In this document: piece by piece, positions 12,501-27,500 of the stretch
How the letters are laid out: the number at the start of each line of letters is the position of its first letter
Position numbering within the stretch: position 1 is the first letter of the stretch
Assembly (NCBI GenBank): GCA_965202585.1
Contig: OZ241829.1
Coordinates: 29,636,001 to 29,700,000, forward strand
Direction: 5' to 3'
Source of the DNA: Thalia democratica
Lineage: Eukaryota
Length of the DNA stretch: 64,000 nucleotides
Notes under the pieces: model-generated
The model's database searches: none
What the model was told of the DNA's origin: nothing
What the model saw: the letters and a program-made list of their open reading frames with translations, nothing else
Made by a program: the position numbers and the translations under genes

Positions 12501-15500
12501 AGTTGTTTTAAACATCGTCTAATAGTATTTTTTTTCATGATGGTTTATATAACGAGTGTAGAACTTTAAAACAAACCTTAGCTAAATTGTATCATTTCTA
12601 ACCTTAAGAATTTAATGTTTGAAAGTTATATTCTGCAGAAAACTTAAATAATAATTATTCTATAATCAATTTTATTAGATGTGAAACATCTCTAAATTTA
12701 GGTACCTTAGTGCTGTATAAACTAACAAAAGTACTAAAGGAAAAAATAAAAACAGTTATGTTAATACTTACTCTTTAAGCAACTCATTGGGTTGGCTGTG
12801 TCGAAAGGTGGTGAAAGTGCTCCATTTTGGCAAGTTCTTTTTGGCACATCGGTCGAAAGGGAAGCATACCCTTCTGAACAGTTGTAAGTTGTACTTTGGC
12901 CATGATTAATCGGCGCTGCTGGATATGGCTGAGAGTTCGTTACAGTATGAAAATCATTGCAATCTGAAATTATTTTAGTGCTTTGATCTTTAAATTTTTA
13001 AAGTTTTTTTCAATATTGTTTTTTGTTTTTACTTGCTGACGTATATGTGCAATATTCTAAAGTGCATATTATATTAGGATAGTTTTTTACGGTAAGATGG
13101 CGGTACTGATTACATTTATGTAATGAATTATGTAGCTTTAGAAGTTTTCAATATAAAACTTGTGTATTCAAATAAGTTTTAATTACTGTTAGGACTTTAA
13201 TTACGTTCTGTTCTTTAAGTTACCAAAAGTTACAGTAAAACTTCATTTGAATCCGAAAAACTTTAGATTTTTAGACTATGAAAAACTTAACATTTTAGAA
13301 ATATAAATTAAAACAAATTCCACTATGTTAGTGTTTTCAACTTACTTTGGTAACATATGACTTCAGTATCTGGATTGAGCTCGCCGTCATTACAAGTTCT
13401 AGTGTCGTCCCCGGTCAGTGTGTAGTTTTCATTGCATTCAAAAGTTACAGTTTCTGAAGAAATATAAACCGTCCTACCGTCTTTAGTATCACCGTTCGCA
13501 GGCTTGGTTATTGTGCACTCTGTTTATAACAGTACTTTGGTTTTAAAGTTTGTAGCAAACAATAATGCTTAAAAGCTATAATTTAAGATTTATATCAATT
13601 TTAATGAAATTTTGCAAGCCGAATTGAACTTCTAACAAACATGTTAAAACCTTTTTGTTTGATAAACTTGAATAAGTATAACTGAAGCTGAAACACTTTT
13701 ATTAATTTTACAAAAAAAAAAACACAAAGAAGTTAAAAAACCAAAAAATACTCTTATTTAAGTACCTTGTAGTTGAAAACATGAAAGAGGTTATTTAAAA
13801 AGTACAATTGCTTAGTACTACAATACAATGCAAAACAAGTATGTAAATAAAAAGCTTATGTGCTAAAATTTTCAATTAAATAATAATTTCAATGTATATG
13901 ATAAGTAAATTCAAAAAGTTATTAAGATAGAAGAAAGTTGAAGAATTTTATAACTCCTGCTTAAAAATAATTAGAATACTTAAGTTGTTTTAAACATCGT
14001 CTAATAGTATTTTTTTTCATGATGGTTTATATAACGAGTGTAGAACTTTAAAACAAACCTTAGCTAAATTGTATCATTTCTAACCTTAAGTATTTGATGT
14101 TTGAAAGTTATATTCTGCAGAAAACTTAAATAATAATTATTCTATAATCAATTTTATTAGATGTGAAACATCTCTAAATTTAGGTACCTTAGTGCTGTAT
14201 AAACTAACAAAAGTACTAAAGGAAAAAATAAAAACAGTTATGTTAATACTTACTCTTTAAGCAACTCATTGGGTTGGCTGTGTCGAAAGGTGGTGAAAGT
14301 GCTCCATTTTGGCAAGTTCTTTTTGGCACATCGGTCGAAAGGGAAGCATACCCTTCTGAACAGTTGTAAGTTGTACTTTGGCCATGATTAATCGGCGCTG
14401 CTGGATATGGCTGAGAGTTCGTTACAGTATGAAAATCATTGCAATCTGAAATTATTTTAGTGCTTTGATCTTTAAATTTTTAAAGTTTTTTTCAATATTG
14501 TTATTTGTTTTTACTTGCTGACGTATATGTGCAATATTCTAAAGTGCATATTATATTAGGATAATTTTTTACGGTAAGATGGCGGTACTGATTACATTTA
14601 TGTAATGAATTATGTAGCTTTAGAAGTTTTCAATATAAAACTTGTGTATTCAAATAAGTTTTAATTACTGTTAGGACTTTAATTACGTTCTGTTCTTTAA
14701 GTTACCAAAAGTTACAGTAAAACTTCATTTGAATCCGAAAAACTTTAGATTTTTAGACTATGAAAAGCTTAACATTTTAGAAATACAATTTAAAACAAAT
14801 TCCACTATGTTAGTGTTTTCAACTTACTTTGGTAACATATGACTTCAGTTTCTGGATTGAGCTGGCCGTCATTACAAGTTCTAGTATCGTCCCCGGTCAG
14901 TGTGTAGTTTTCATTGCATATAAAAGTTACAGTTTCTGAAGAAATATAAACCGTCCTACCGTCTCGAGTATCACCGTTCGCAGGCTTGGTTATTGTGCAC
15001 TCTGTTTATAACAGTACTTTGGTTTTAAAGTTTGTAGCAAACAATAATGCTTAAAAGCTATAATTTAAGATTTATATCAATTTTAATGAAATTTTACAAG
15101 CCGAATTGAACTTCTAACAAACATGTTAAAACCTTTTTGTTTGATAAACTTGAATAAGTATAACTGAAGCTGAAACACTTTTATTAATTTTACAAAAAAA
15201 AAAACACAAAGAAGTTAAAAAACCAAAAAATACTCTTATTTAAGTACCTTGTAGTTGAAAACATGAAAGAGGTTATTTAAAAAGTACAATTGCTTAGTAC
15301 TACAATACAATGCAAAACAAGTATGTAAATAAAAAGCTTATGTGCTAAAATTTTCAATTAAATAATAATTTCAATGTACATGATAAGTAAATTCAAAAAG
15401 TTATTAAGATAAAAGAAAGTTGAAGAATTTTATAACTCCTGCTTAAAAATAATTAGAATACTTAAGTTGTTTTAAACATCGTCTAATAGTATTTTTTTTC

Positions 15501-18500
15501 ATGATGGTTTATATAACGAGTGTAGAACTTTAAAACAAACCTTAGCTAAATTGTATCATTTCTAACCTTAAGTATTTGATGTTTGAAAGTTATATTCTGC
15601 AGAAAACTTAAATAATAATTATTCTATAATCAATTTTATTAGATGTGAAACATCTCTAAATTTAGGTACCTTAGTGCTGTATAAACTAACAAAAGTACTA
15701 AAGGAAAAAATAAAAACAGTTATGTTAATACTTACTCTTTAAGCAACTCATTGGGTTGGCTGTGTCGAAAGGTGGTGAAAGTGCTCCATTTTGGCAAGTT
15801 CTTTTTGGCACATCGGTCGAAAGGGAAGCATACCCTTCTGAACAGTTGTAAGTTGTACTTTGGCCATGATTAATCGGCGCTGCTGGATATGGCTGAGAGT
15901 TCGTTACAGTATGAAAATCATTGCAATCTGAAATTATTTTAGTGCTTTGATCTTTAAATTTTTAAAGTTTTTTTCAATATTGTTATTTGTTTTTACTTGC
16001 TGACGTATATGTGCAATATTCTAAAGTGCATATTATATTAGGATAATTTTTTACGGTAAGATGGCGGTACTGATTACATTTATGTAATGAATTATGTAGC
16101 TTTAGAAGTTTTCAATATAAAACTTGTGTATTCAAATAAGTTTTAATTACTGTTAGGACTTTAATTACGTTCTGTTCTTTAAGTTACCAAAAGTTACAGT
16201 AAAACTTCATTTGAATCCGAAAAACTTTAGATTTTTAGACTATGAAAAACTTAACATTTTAGAAATATAAATTAAAACAAATTCCACTATGTTAGTGTTT
16301 TCAACTTACTTTGGTAACATATGACTTCAGTATCTGGATTGAGCTCGCCGTCATTACAAGTTCTAGTATCGTCCCCGGTCAGTGTGTAGTTTTCATTGCA
16401 TTCAAAAGTTACAGTTTCTGAAGAAATATAAACCGTCCTACCGTCTTTAGTATCACCGTTCGCAGGCTTGGTTATTGTGCACTCTGTTTATAACAGTACT
16501 TTGGTTTTAAAGTTTGTAGCAAACAATAATGCTTAAAAGCTATAATTTAAGATTTATATCAATTTTAATGAAATTTTGCAAGCCGAATTGAACTTCTAAC
16601 AAACATGTTAAAACCTTTTTGTTTGATAAACTTGAATAAGTATAACTGAAGCTGAAACACTTTTATTAATTTTACAAAAAAAAAAACACAAAGAAGTTAA
16701 AAAACCAAAAAATACTCTTATTTAAGTACCTTGTAGTTGAAAACATGAAAGAGGTTATTTAAAAAGTACAATTGCTTAGTACTACAATACAATGCAAAAC
16801 AAGTATGTAAATAAAAAGCTTATGTGCTAAAATTTTCAATTAAATAATAATTTCAATGTATATGATAAGTAAATTCAAAAAGTTATTAAGATAGAAGAAA
16901 GTTGAAGAATTTTATAACTCCTGCTTAAAAATAATTAGAATACTTAAGTTGTTTTAAACATCGTCCAATAGTATTTTTTTTCATGATGGTTTATATAACG
17001 AGTGTAGAACTTTAAAACAAACCTTAGCTAAATTGTATCATTTCTAACCTTAAGTATTTGATGTTTGAAAGTTATATTCTGCAGAAAACTTAAATAATAA
17101 TTATTCTATAATCAATTTTATTAGATGTGAAACATCTCTAAATTTAGGTACCTTAGTGCTGTATAAACTAACAAAAGTACTAAAGGAAAAAATAAAAACA
17201 GTTATGTTAATACTTACTCTTTAAGCAACTCATTGGGTTGGCTGTGTCGAAAGGTGGTGAAAGTGCTCCATTTTGGCAAGTTCTTTTTGGCACATCGGTC
17301 GAAAGGGAAGCATACCCTTCTGAACAGTTGTAAGTTGTACTTTGGCCATGATTAATCGGCGCTGCTGGATATGGCTGAGAGTTCGTTACAGTATGAAAAT
17401 CATTGCAATCTGAAATTATTTTAGTGCTTTGATCTTTAAATTTTTAAAGTTTTTTTCAATATTGTTATTTGTTTTTACTTGCTGACTTATAAGTGCAATA
17501 TTCTAAAGTGCATATTATATTAAGATAGTTTTTTACGGTAAGATGGCGGTACTGATTACATTTATGTAATGAATTATGTAGCTTTAGAAGTTTTCAATAT
17601 AAAACTTGTGTATTCAAATAAGTTTTAATTACTGTTAGGACTTTAATTACGTTCTGTTCTTTAAGTTACCAAAAGTTACAGTAAAACTTCATTTGAATCC
17701 GAAAAACTTTAGATTTTTAGACTATGAAAAACTTAACATTTTCGAAATATAAATTAAAACAAATTCCACTATGTTAGTGTTTTCAACTTACTTTGGTAAC
17801 ATATGACTTCAGTATCTGGATTGAGCTCGCCGTCATTACAAGTTCTAGTATCGTCCCCGGTCAGTGTGTAGTCTTCATTGCATATAAAAGTTACAGTTTC
17901 TGAAGAAATATAAACCGTCCTACCGTCTCGAGTATCACCGTTCGCAGGCTTGGTTATTGTGCACTCTGTTTATAACAGTACTTTGGTTTTAAAGTTTGTA
18001 GCAAACAATAATGCTAAAAAGATATAATTTAAAATTTATATTAATTTTAATGAAATTTTGCAAGCCGATTTGAACTTCTAACAAACATGTTAAAACCTTT
18101 TTATTTGATAAATCTGGTCTAAAAGAGTTTTATTAAAGCTTGAATGTCAATAAGTATAACTGAAGCTTAAATACTTTTACTAATTTTACAAAAAAAAAAC
18201 CACTAAGAAGTGGGTAGCTTCAAATTTACACTACTGTTTTTGATTTACTTGAAAATCATGCAACTAATTTGCACATTTGCTGAGTCAGCAAAATGTTTTA
18301 AAAGCTTTTTTCAATTTTTTTCTATATTTATACCCTTAACTCTTAACTTTACCCAAACATTGAAAAAAAATCAAAATTAAAGTTTTATTATTTAAATAAA
18401 AAAGTAAACAAGAAAAAAAAATCGCTGACTTATCAAATTTGCAAATTAGTTGCACGATTTTCAAGTAAGTCAAAAACAGTAGTGGAAATTTGAAGCTAAC

Positions 18501-21500
18501 CAAAAGAAGTTTAACAACCAAAAAATACTCTTATTTAAGTACCTTGTAGTTGAAAACATGAAAGAGGTTATTTAAAAAGTACAATTGCTTAGTACTACAA
18601 TACAATGCAAAACAAGTGTGTAAATAAAAAGCTTATGTGCTAAAATTTTCAATTAAATAATAATTTCAATGTATATGATAAGTAAATTCAAAAAGTCATT
18701 AAGATAGAAAAAAGTTGAAGAATTTTATAACTCCTGCTTGAAAATAATTAGAATACTTAAGTTGTTTTAAACATCGTCCAATAGTATTTTTTTTCTTGAT
18801 GGTTTGTATAACGAGTGTAGAACTTTAAAACAAACCTTAGCTAAATTGTATCATTTCTAACCTTAAGTATTTGATGTTTGAAAGTTATATTCTGCAGAAA
18901 TCTTAAATAATAATTATTCTATAATCAATTTTATTAGATGTGAAACATCTCTAAATTTAGGTACCTTAGTGCTGTATAAACTAACAAAAGTACTAAAGGA
19001 AAAAATAAAAACAGTTATGTTAATACTTACTCTTTAAGCAACTCATTGGGTTGGCTGTGTCGAAAGGTGGTGAAAGTGCTCCATTTTGGCAAGTTCTTTT
19101 TGGCACATCGGTCGAAAGGGAAGCATACCCTTCTGAACAGTTGTAAGTTGTACTTTGGCCATGATTAATCGGCGCTGCTGGATATGGCTGAGAGTTCGTT
19201 ACAGTATGAAAATCATTGCAATCTGAAATTATTTTAGTGCTTTGATCTTTAAATTTTTAAAGTTTTTTTCAATATTGTTATTTGTTTTTACTTGCTGACG
19301 TATATGTGCAATATTCTAAAGTGCATATTATATTAGGATAATTTTTTACGGTAAGATGGCGGTACTGATCACATTTATGTAATGAATTATGTAGCTTTAG
19401 AAGTTTTCAATATAAAACTTGTGTATTCAAATAAGTTTTAATTACTGTTAGGACTTTAATTACGTTCTGTTCTTTAAGTTACCAAAAGTTACAGTAAAAC
19501 TTCATTTGAATCCGAAAAACTTTAGATTTTTAGACTATGAAAAACTTAACATTTTAGAAATATAAATTAAAACAAATTCCACTATGTTAGTGTTTTCAAC
19601 TTACTTTGGTAACATATGACTTCAGTATCTGGATTGAGCTCGCCGTCATTACAAGTTCTAGTATCGTCCCCGGTCAGTGTGTAGTTTTCATTGCATTCAA
19701 AAGTTACAGTTTCTGAAGAAATATAAACCGTCCTACCGTCTTTAGTATCACCGTTCGCAGGCTTGGTTATTGTGCACTCTGTTTATAACAGTACTTTGGT
19801 TTTAAAGTTTGTAGCAAACAATAATGCTTAAAAGCTATAATTTAAGATTTATATCAATTTTAATGAAATTTTGCAAGCCGAATTGAACTTCTAACAAACA
19901 TGTTAAAACCTTTTTGTTTGATAAACTTGAATAAGTATAACTGAAGCTGAAACACTTTTATTAATTTTACAAAAAAAAAAACACAAAGAAGTTAAAAAAC
20001 CAAAAAATACTCTTATTTAAGTACCTTGTAGTTGAAAACATGAAAGAGGTTATTTAAAAAGTACAATTGCTTAGTACTACAATACAATGCAAAACAAGTA
20101 TGTAAATAAAAAGCTTATGTGCTAAAATTTTCAATTAAATAATAATTTCAATGTATATGATAAGTAAATTCAAAAAGTTATTAAGATAGAAGAAAGTTGA
20201 AGAATTTTATAACTCCTGCTTAAAAATAATTAGAATACTTAAGTTGTTTTAAACATCGTCCAATAGTATTTTTTTTCTTGATGGTTTGTATAACGAGTGT
20301 AGAACTTTAAAACAAACCTTAGCTAAATTGTATCATTTCTAACCTTAAGTATTTGATGTTTGAAAGTTATATTCTGCAGAAAACTTAAATAATAATTATT
20401 CTATAATCAATTTTATTAGATGTGAAACATCTCTAAATTTAGGTACCTTAGTGCTGTATAAACTAACAAAAGTACTAAAGGAAAAAATAAAAACAGTTAT
20501 GTTAATACTTACTCTTTAAGCAACTCATTGGGTTGGCTGTGTCGAAAGGTGGTGAAAGTGCTCCATTTTGGCAAGTTCTTTTTGGCACATCGGTCGAAAG
20601 GGAAGCATACCCTTCTGAACAGTTGTAAGTTGTACTTTGGCCATGATTAATCGGCGCTGCTGGATATGGCTGAGAGTTCGTTACAGTATGAAAATCATTG
20701 CAATCTGAAATTATTTTAGTGCTTTGATCTTTAAATTTTTAAAGTTTTTTTCAATATTGTTATTTGTTTTTACTTGCTGACGTATATGTGCAATATTCTA
20801 AAGTGCATATTATATTAGGATAATTTTTTACGGTAAGATGGCGGTACTGATTACATTTATGTAATGAATTATGTAGCTTTAGAAGTTTTCAATATAAAAC
20901 TTGTGTATTCAAATAAGTTTTAATTACTGTTAGGACTTTAATTACGTTCTGTTCTTTAAGTTACCAAAAGTTACAGTAAAACTTCATTTGAATCCGAAAA
21001 ACTTTAGATTTTTAGACTATGAAAAACTTAACATTTTAGAAATATAAATTAAAACAAATTCCACTATGTTAGTGTTTTCAACTTACTTTGGTAACATATG
21101 ACTTCAGTATCTGGATTGAGCTCGCCGTCATTACAAGTTCTAGTATCGTCCCCGGTCAGTGTGTAGTTTTCATTGCATTCAAAAGTTACAGTTTCTGAAG
21201 AAATATAAACCGTCCTACCGTCTTTAGTATCACCGTTCGCAGGCTTGGTTATTGTGCACTCTGTTTATAACAGTACTTTGGTTTTAAAGTTTGTAGCAAA
21301 CAATAATGCTTAAAAGCTATAATTTAAGATTTATATCAATTTTAATGAAATTTTGCAAGCCGAATTGAACTTCTAACAAACATGTTAAAACCTTTTTGTT
21401 TGATAAACTTGAATAAGTATAACTGAAGCTGAAACACTTTTATTAATTTTACAAAAAAAAAAACACAAAGAAGTTAAACAACCAAAAAATACTCTTATTT

Positions 21501-24500
21501 AAGTACCTTGTAGTTGAAAACATGAAAGAGGTTATTTAAAAAGTACAATTGCTTAGTACTACAATACAATGCAAAACAAGTATGTAAATAAAAAGCTTAT
21601 GTGCTAAAATTTTCAATTAAATAATAATTTCAATGTATATGATAAGTAAATTCAAAAAGTTATTAAGATAGAAGAAAGTTGAAGAATTTTATAACTCCTG
21701 CTTAAAAATAATTAGAATACTTAAGTTGTTTTAAACATCGTCCAATAGTATTTTTTTTCTTGATGGTTTGTATAACGAGTGTAGAACTTTAAAACAAACC
21801 TTAGCTAAATTGTATCATTTCTAACCTTAAGTATTTGATGTTTGAAAGTTATATTCTGCAGAAAACTTAAATAATAATTATTCTATAATCAATTTTATTA
21901 GATGTGAAACATCTCTAAATTTAGGTACCTTAGTGCTGTATAAACTAACAAAAGTACTAAAGGAAAAAATAAAAACAGTTATGTTAATACTTACTCTTTA
22001 AGCAACTCATTGGGTTGGCTGTGTCGAAAGGTGGTGAAAGTGCTCCATTTTGGCAAGTTCTTTTTGGCACATCGGTCGAAAGGGAAGCATACCCTTCTGA
22101 ACAGTTGTAAGTTGTACTTTGGCCATGATTAATCGGCGCTGCTGGATATGGCTGAGAGTTCGTTACAGTATGAAAATCATTGCAATCTGAAATTATTTTA
22201 GTGCTTTGATCTTTAAATTTTTAAAGTTTTTTTCAATATTGTTATTTGTTTTTACTTGCTGACGTATATGTGCAATATTCTAAAGTGCATATTATATTAG
22301 AATAATTTTTTACGGTAAGATGGCGGTACTGATTACATTTATGTAATGAATTATGTAGCTTTAGAAGTTTTCAATATAAAACTTGTGTATTCAAATAAGT
22401 TTTAATTACTGTTAGGACTTTAATTACGTTCTGTTCTTTAAGTTACCAAAAGTTACAGTAAAACTTCATTTGAATCCGAAAAACTTTAGATTTTTAGACT
22501 ATGAAAAACTTAACATTTTCGAAATATAAATTAAAACAAATTCCACTATGTTAGTGTTTTCAACTTACTTTGGTAACATATGACTTCAGTATCTGGATTG
22601 AGCTCGCCGTCATTACAAGTTCTAGTATCGTCCCCGGTCAGTGTGTAGTTTTCATTGCATATAAAAGTTACAGTTTCTGAAGAAATATAAACCGTCCTAC
22701 CGTCTTTAGTATCACCGTTCGCAGGCTTGGTTATTGTGCACTCTGTTTATAACAGTACTTTGGTTTTAAAGTTTGTAGCAAACAATAATGCTTAAAAGCT
22801 ATAATTTAAGATTTATATCAATTTTAATGAAATTTTGCAAGCCGAATTGAACTTCTAACAAACATGTTAAAACCTTTTTGTTTGATAAACTTGAATAAGT
22901 ATAACTGAAGCTGAAACACTTTTATTAATTTTACAAAAAAAAAAACACAAAGAAGTTAAACAACCAAAAAATACTCTTATTTAAGTACCTTGTAGTTGAA
23001 AACATGAAAGAGGTTATTTAAAAAGTACAATTGCTTAGTACTACAATACAATGCAAAACAAGTATGTAAATAAAAAGCTTATGTGCTAAAATTTTCAATT
23101 AAATAATAATTTCAATGTATATGATAAGTAAATTCAAAAAGTTATTAAGATAGAAGAAAGTTGAAGAATTTTATAACTCCTGCTTAAAAATAATTAGAAT
23201 ACTTAAGTTGTTTTAAACATCGTCCAATAGTATTTTTTTTCTTGATGGTTTGTATAACGAGTGTAGAACTTTAAAACAAACCTTAGCTAAATTGTATCAT
23301 TTCTAACCTTAAGTATTTGATGTTTGAAAGTTATATTCTGCAGAAATCTTAAATAATAATTATTCTATAATCAATTTTATTAGATGTGAAACATCTCTAA
23401 ATTTAGGTACCTTAGTGCTGTATAAACTAACAAAAGTACTAAAGGAAAAAATAAAAACAGTTATGTTAATACTTACTCTTTAAGCAACTCATTGGGTTGG
23501 CTGTGTCGAAAGGTGGTGAAAGTGCTCCATTTTGGCAAGTTCTTTTTGGCACATCGGTCGAAAGGGAAGCATACCCTTCTGAACAGTTGTAAGTTGTACT
23601 TTGGCCATGATTAATCGGCGCTGCTGGATATGGCTGAGAGTTCGTTACAGTATGAAAATCATTGCAATCTGAAATTATTTTAGTGCTTTGATCTTTAAAT
23701 TTTTAAAGTTTTTTTCAATATTGTTATTTGTTTTTACTTGCTGACGTATATGTGCAATATTCTAAAGTGCATATTATATTAGGATAATTTTTTACGGTAA
23801 GATGGCGGTACTGATCACATTTATGTAATGAATTATGTAGCTTTAGAAGTTTTCAATATAAAACTTGTGTATTCAAATAAGTTTTAATTACTGTTAGGAC
23901 TTTAATTACGTTCTGTTCTTTAAGTTACCAAAAGTTACAGCAAAACTTCATTTGAAGTCTAAAAACTTTAGATTTTTAAACTTTGAAAAGCTTAAAATAT
24001 TAGAAATATAATTTAAAACTAATTCCACTATGTTAGTGTTTTCAACTTACTTTGGTAACATATGACTTCAGTATCTGGATTGAGCTCGCCGTCATTACAA
24101 GTTCTAGTATCGTCCCCGGTCAGTGTGTAGTCTTCATTGCATTCAAAAGTTACAGTTTCTGAAGAAATATAAACCGTCCTACCGTCTTTAGTATCACCGT
24201 TCGCAGGCTTGGTTATTGTGCACTCTGTTTATAACAGTACTTTGGTTTTAAAGTTTGTAGCAAACAATAATGCTAAAAAGCTATAGTTTGTTTATAAGTA
24301 TTTTATATATTTATTTGATAATTTTACAAGCCATTATTAAATTTTTGAATCTTTAAGGCTTTAACTTTATGTATAACAAAAGATTATGTTTATAAAACTA
24401 AAAAAACTATACTAAAATGAAAGTTGTTGCTTGTTGATAATATAGTTCAAAACTTGGGAAACTTGGTAATTTTTACATATTGCAAATCATTTTCGTTATT

Positions 24501-27500
24501 TTGATTTATATATGTAATGACAATTATAAACAGGTACTCATTAAGAAATTTAAGTTTCCTCTCAAACTTACCTCTTGGACCAATCGTAGGCATTAAGAAA
24601 AAGAACGGCAAATAAAAAAACACAAGCACAGATGTTGAACTATCCAAGGAAACAGAAATAAACCTCAAACGAACCTGGTATGCACTGCACGGCCGGATGC
24701 CATTTGCCGTCCACGCCGCAAGTGGAAGCACTCGAGCTCAGCCTGTGTTTTTCTTCGCAGGTCACCACAGCTTGGGTGCCGTTGAGGTAGACTCCTTCGC
24801 CCCGTTCGTTTTCGATCGCATAAGAAGACGATCTCGAGTTTTCGGGAGGAGAAAAGTCGTCGCATTCTGTGATAATTACTTGCGCTTTGTACTTTGTTTT
24901 CGAGTAGCTAGTTATTTAAAAGTTTCCCTGCTGTTATCTGTACAATTGTGTTTTGTTCCAAAAAAGGTAGCTCGGTCGAAATGAATAACGAGTTTGAAAA
25001 GTTCAATGAACACACTAATAAAACTATTATTGATTATTTTTTAACTGGTAACACAAAATTGTTCTAAACATTCAGACAAAAACTTGTTGACGAAAGCTTC
25101 AAACTATGAAACTGTGATCAAAACAATTTTTTTTTACGTTTCAAGCAGATTGGGAAAGTTGTTGGTTCCCATCTAGCGCCTCTCTCGCACCCGAACTCAA
25201 CGTTGGAAACGTCGTCCAAATGGTAGCCTTCGAAGCAGGCGTAGTTCACTTTTGAAGATTTAATATCGCCGTTGTCCAGCCTTATTGTCTCTATAGCCGT
25301 TACTATCGAATTGTGAACATGTGGGGGATTTTCGCAAACTGAAATAAATTAATTGTTTAACTTAATCGTGCTTTATGAGTATCTTTACAACTATTTATGA
25401 TTTATTCAGAAAAGTATATATCCTTTTTTTTAAATAATTCTGATTTATCAAGCACAGAATTACAACATAAGCTACAAAAACTCCCCCGTCACAGCTGCAT
25501 AAAATTTTTAACTACAACACCAAATTTAAGCTAGTAAGTTTGGGAACGGGTCTAAATTGCACGAAGATACTTTTCCACGAAGATAAATTGGCACGAGCAG
25601 ATAAAATTGCACGATGACAATTTTGCATGGAGGGTCATATTTGCGAGCGAGTGAAAAAAATATACATATATAAAACAGAAAAATAAAAACTAAAAGATAA
25701 ATTAATAAAACAATAAAAAAAGTTACATACCTAGGGTAAGGGTTAAGTTTAACTGTGATAGTAAAAGAAAAAAAAAATAAAAATTATTAAAGTAAAAAAC
25801 AATAAATAAAAATAAAATTATTAAAAAGAAAAATAAGTTACCGACCGAGGGTAAGGGTTAGGGGTACAGTGAATGTAAAAAAAATAAATAAAAATAAAAA
25901 TTCAATACTTGCAAAATTGTCTACACGTGCAAAATTTTCTTCGTGCAAAAGTGTCTTCGTGCAATTTTGTGCCCTCGTGCAATTTTGTACGCTCGCGCAA
26001 AATGATGATTATTTACAATAATGATACCACGTACAATTATGACAGCTACCGAGTTAGTTTTTTATATTATTGAAGTAACAATTAAACACAATCCAACGCC
26101 ACTTTTTTTCACTGCGCTCTAAAAACTACTAGTGTTGAAAGATACCGGGCACGCATTTCGGCGCGGAAGCGAATCCCCAGGTCTCGTCTCTCTCACAGGT
26201 GAGCTTCTTTGGCTGGCCATGTACTAAGCTGTAATCAGAAATGCATTGGTAAGTGACTTCGGTGCCGGTCCACAGTTCGCCTTCTACGTAGCTGGATGAA
26301 ACGCTCCAATCCACATTTTCGTCTTTTGGCGGGCTTTCACACTCTGGCATTGTTATAACGTTTGTAAATAGCTGATTGAAAACTCAACAACTATTGAAAC
26401 TGATTGATAAGCTACATAACAGTTACTTTATTAGTGTCTTAAACCTTTTCATCAAAACTTTGCTATTATAAACGTAGATTGATATAAAAAATAAAAACTC
26501 AATTGGTAATAAGTTTTACTTTTTTTTGATCAGGCAGTGTGCAAAAAACAGATAGTTTGTAAATCATACCTTTTATGCAAATAGGGTCTTCTGTCATATT
26601 CCAATTTCCATCTGAGCACACAAACGCAGCGGTTTCATCACCGCCTTTGACAAAACTATAGTCGTCGTCACAAGCGTATTTGATGACATCCCCACTTAAG
26701 TAACGTTCTTTTCTTGCTCTCTTCAAATCAATGGTTGTTGAATTGTATGGCTTCACAGGATTCGAACACTCTAAAATAAAAAACTTGGTGAAATAAAATA
26801 ATCAGTTAAATGAAAGGCCTATATTTAAATCAAACTAGTGAATTAAGTCGTATTTTGGTATAAGACATTATAAGAAAGTTTAAGACGTTTTGGCTGTTTT
26901 CTAAATAAGCAAAGATTAAGATTGTTTCATCAATAAGCTGTATAAACTTTGTAGACACTTTGGTTCAATGTTCTTGGTGTAGTTCCATTCACCATTCGAT
27001 TGACAAACAAATTTCGAAGTTTCAGTTGAAAGATCATATTCTCCATTACACGTAAATGAAATTTCATCCCGATAAAGAAAGTGATCGGGTCTTTTAGTGC
27101 GAGAGTCAACATTTCCATTTAGTAAGCTTGGTTGAGGACATTCTAAAAAGTTGTTAGTATACTTTTACTGAAATTAGTTTTTGTAATCTAGTTATGATGT
27201 AAATGTGAAAAATATTATCTCAAGCCTACATTAGATAAAAAAATTGTACAAAAATTTTAAAACTAGCAAAAATGGTTGGGAACTAAAGTTATGTAAGTGT
27301 AGTAATTTTATTTATTGTATATAAACTATAAATATATATATACTTGGTAGCAAACAAACCAAATATTAAAACATATTAGTTTTAGTAAATATTAGTAAAA
27401 ATTAGTCTGAATAAAAGTTTTAAGTGTGCTAACAGTTTAAAAAAGCAATCGTCTGTACATAAAACGTGTTCTAGTACAAAAAAAGAAAAAACAACGTTTT

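Noticed and set aside
9660-24290. CRISPR-like or satellite interpretation of the array
   Set aside because: The units are 1.5 kb, contain spliced exons and have no unique spacers; this is eukaryotic DNA.
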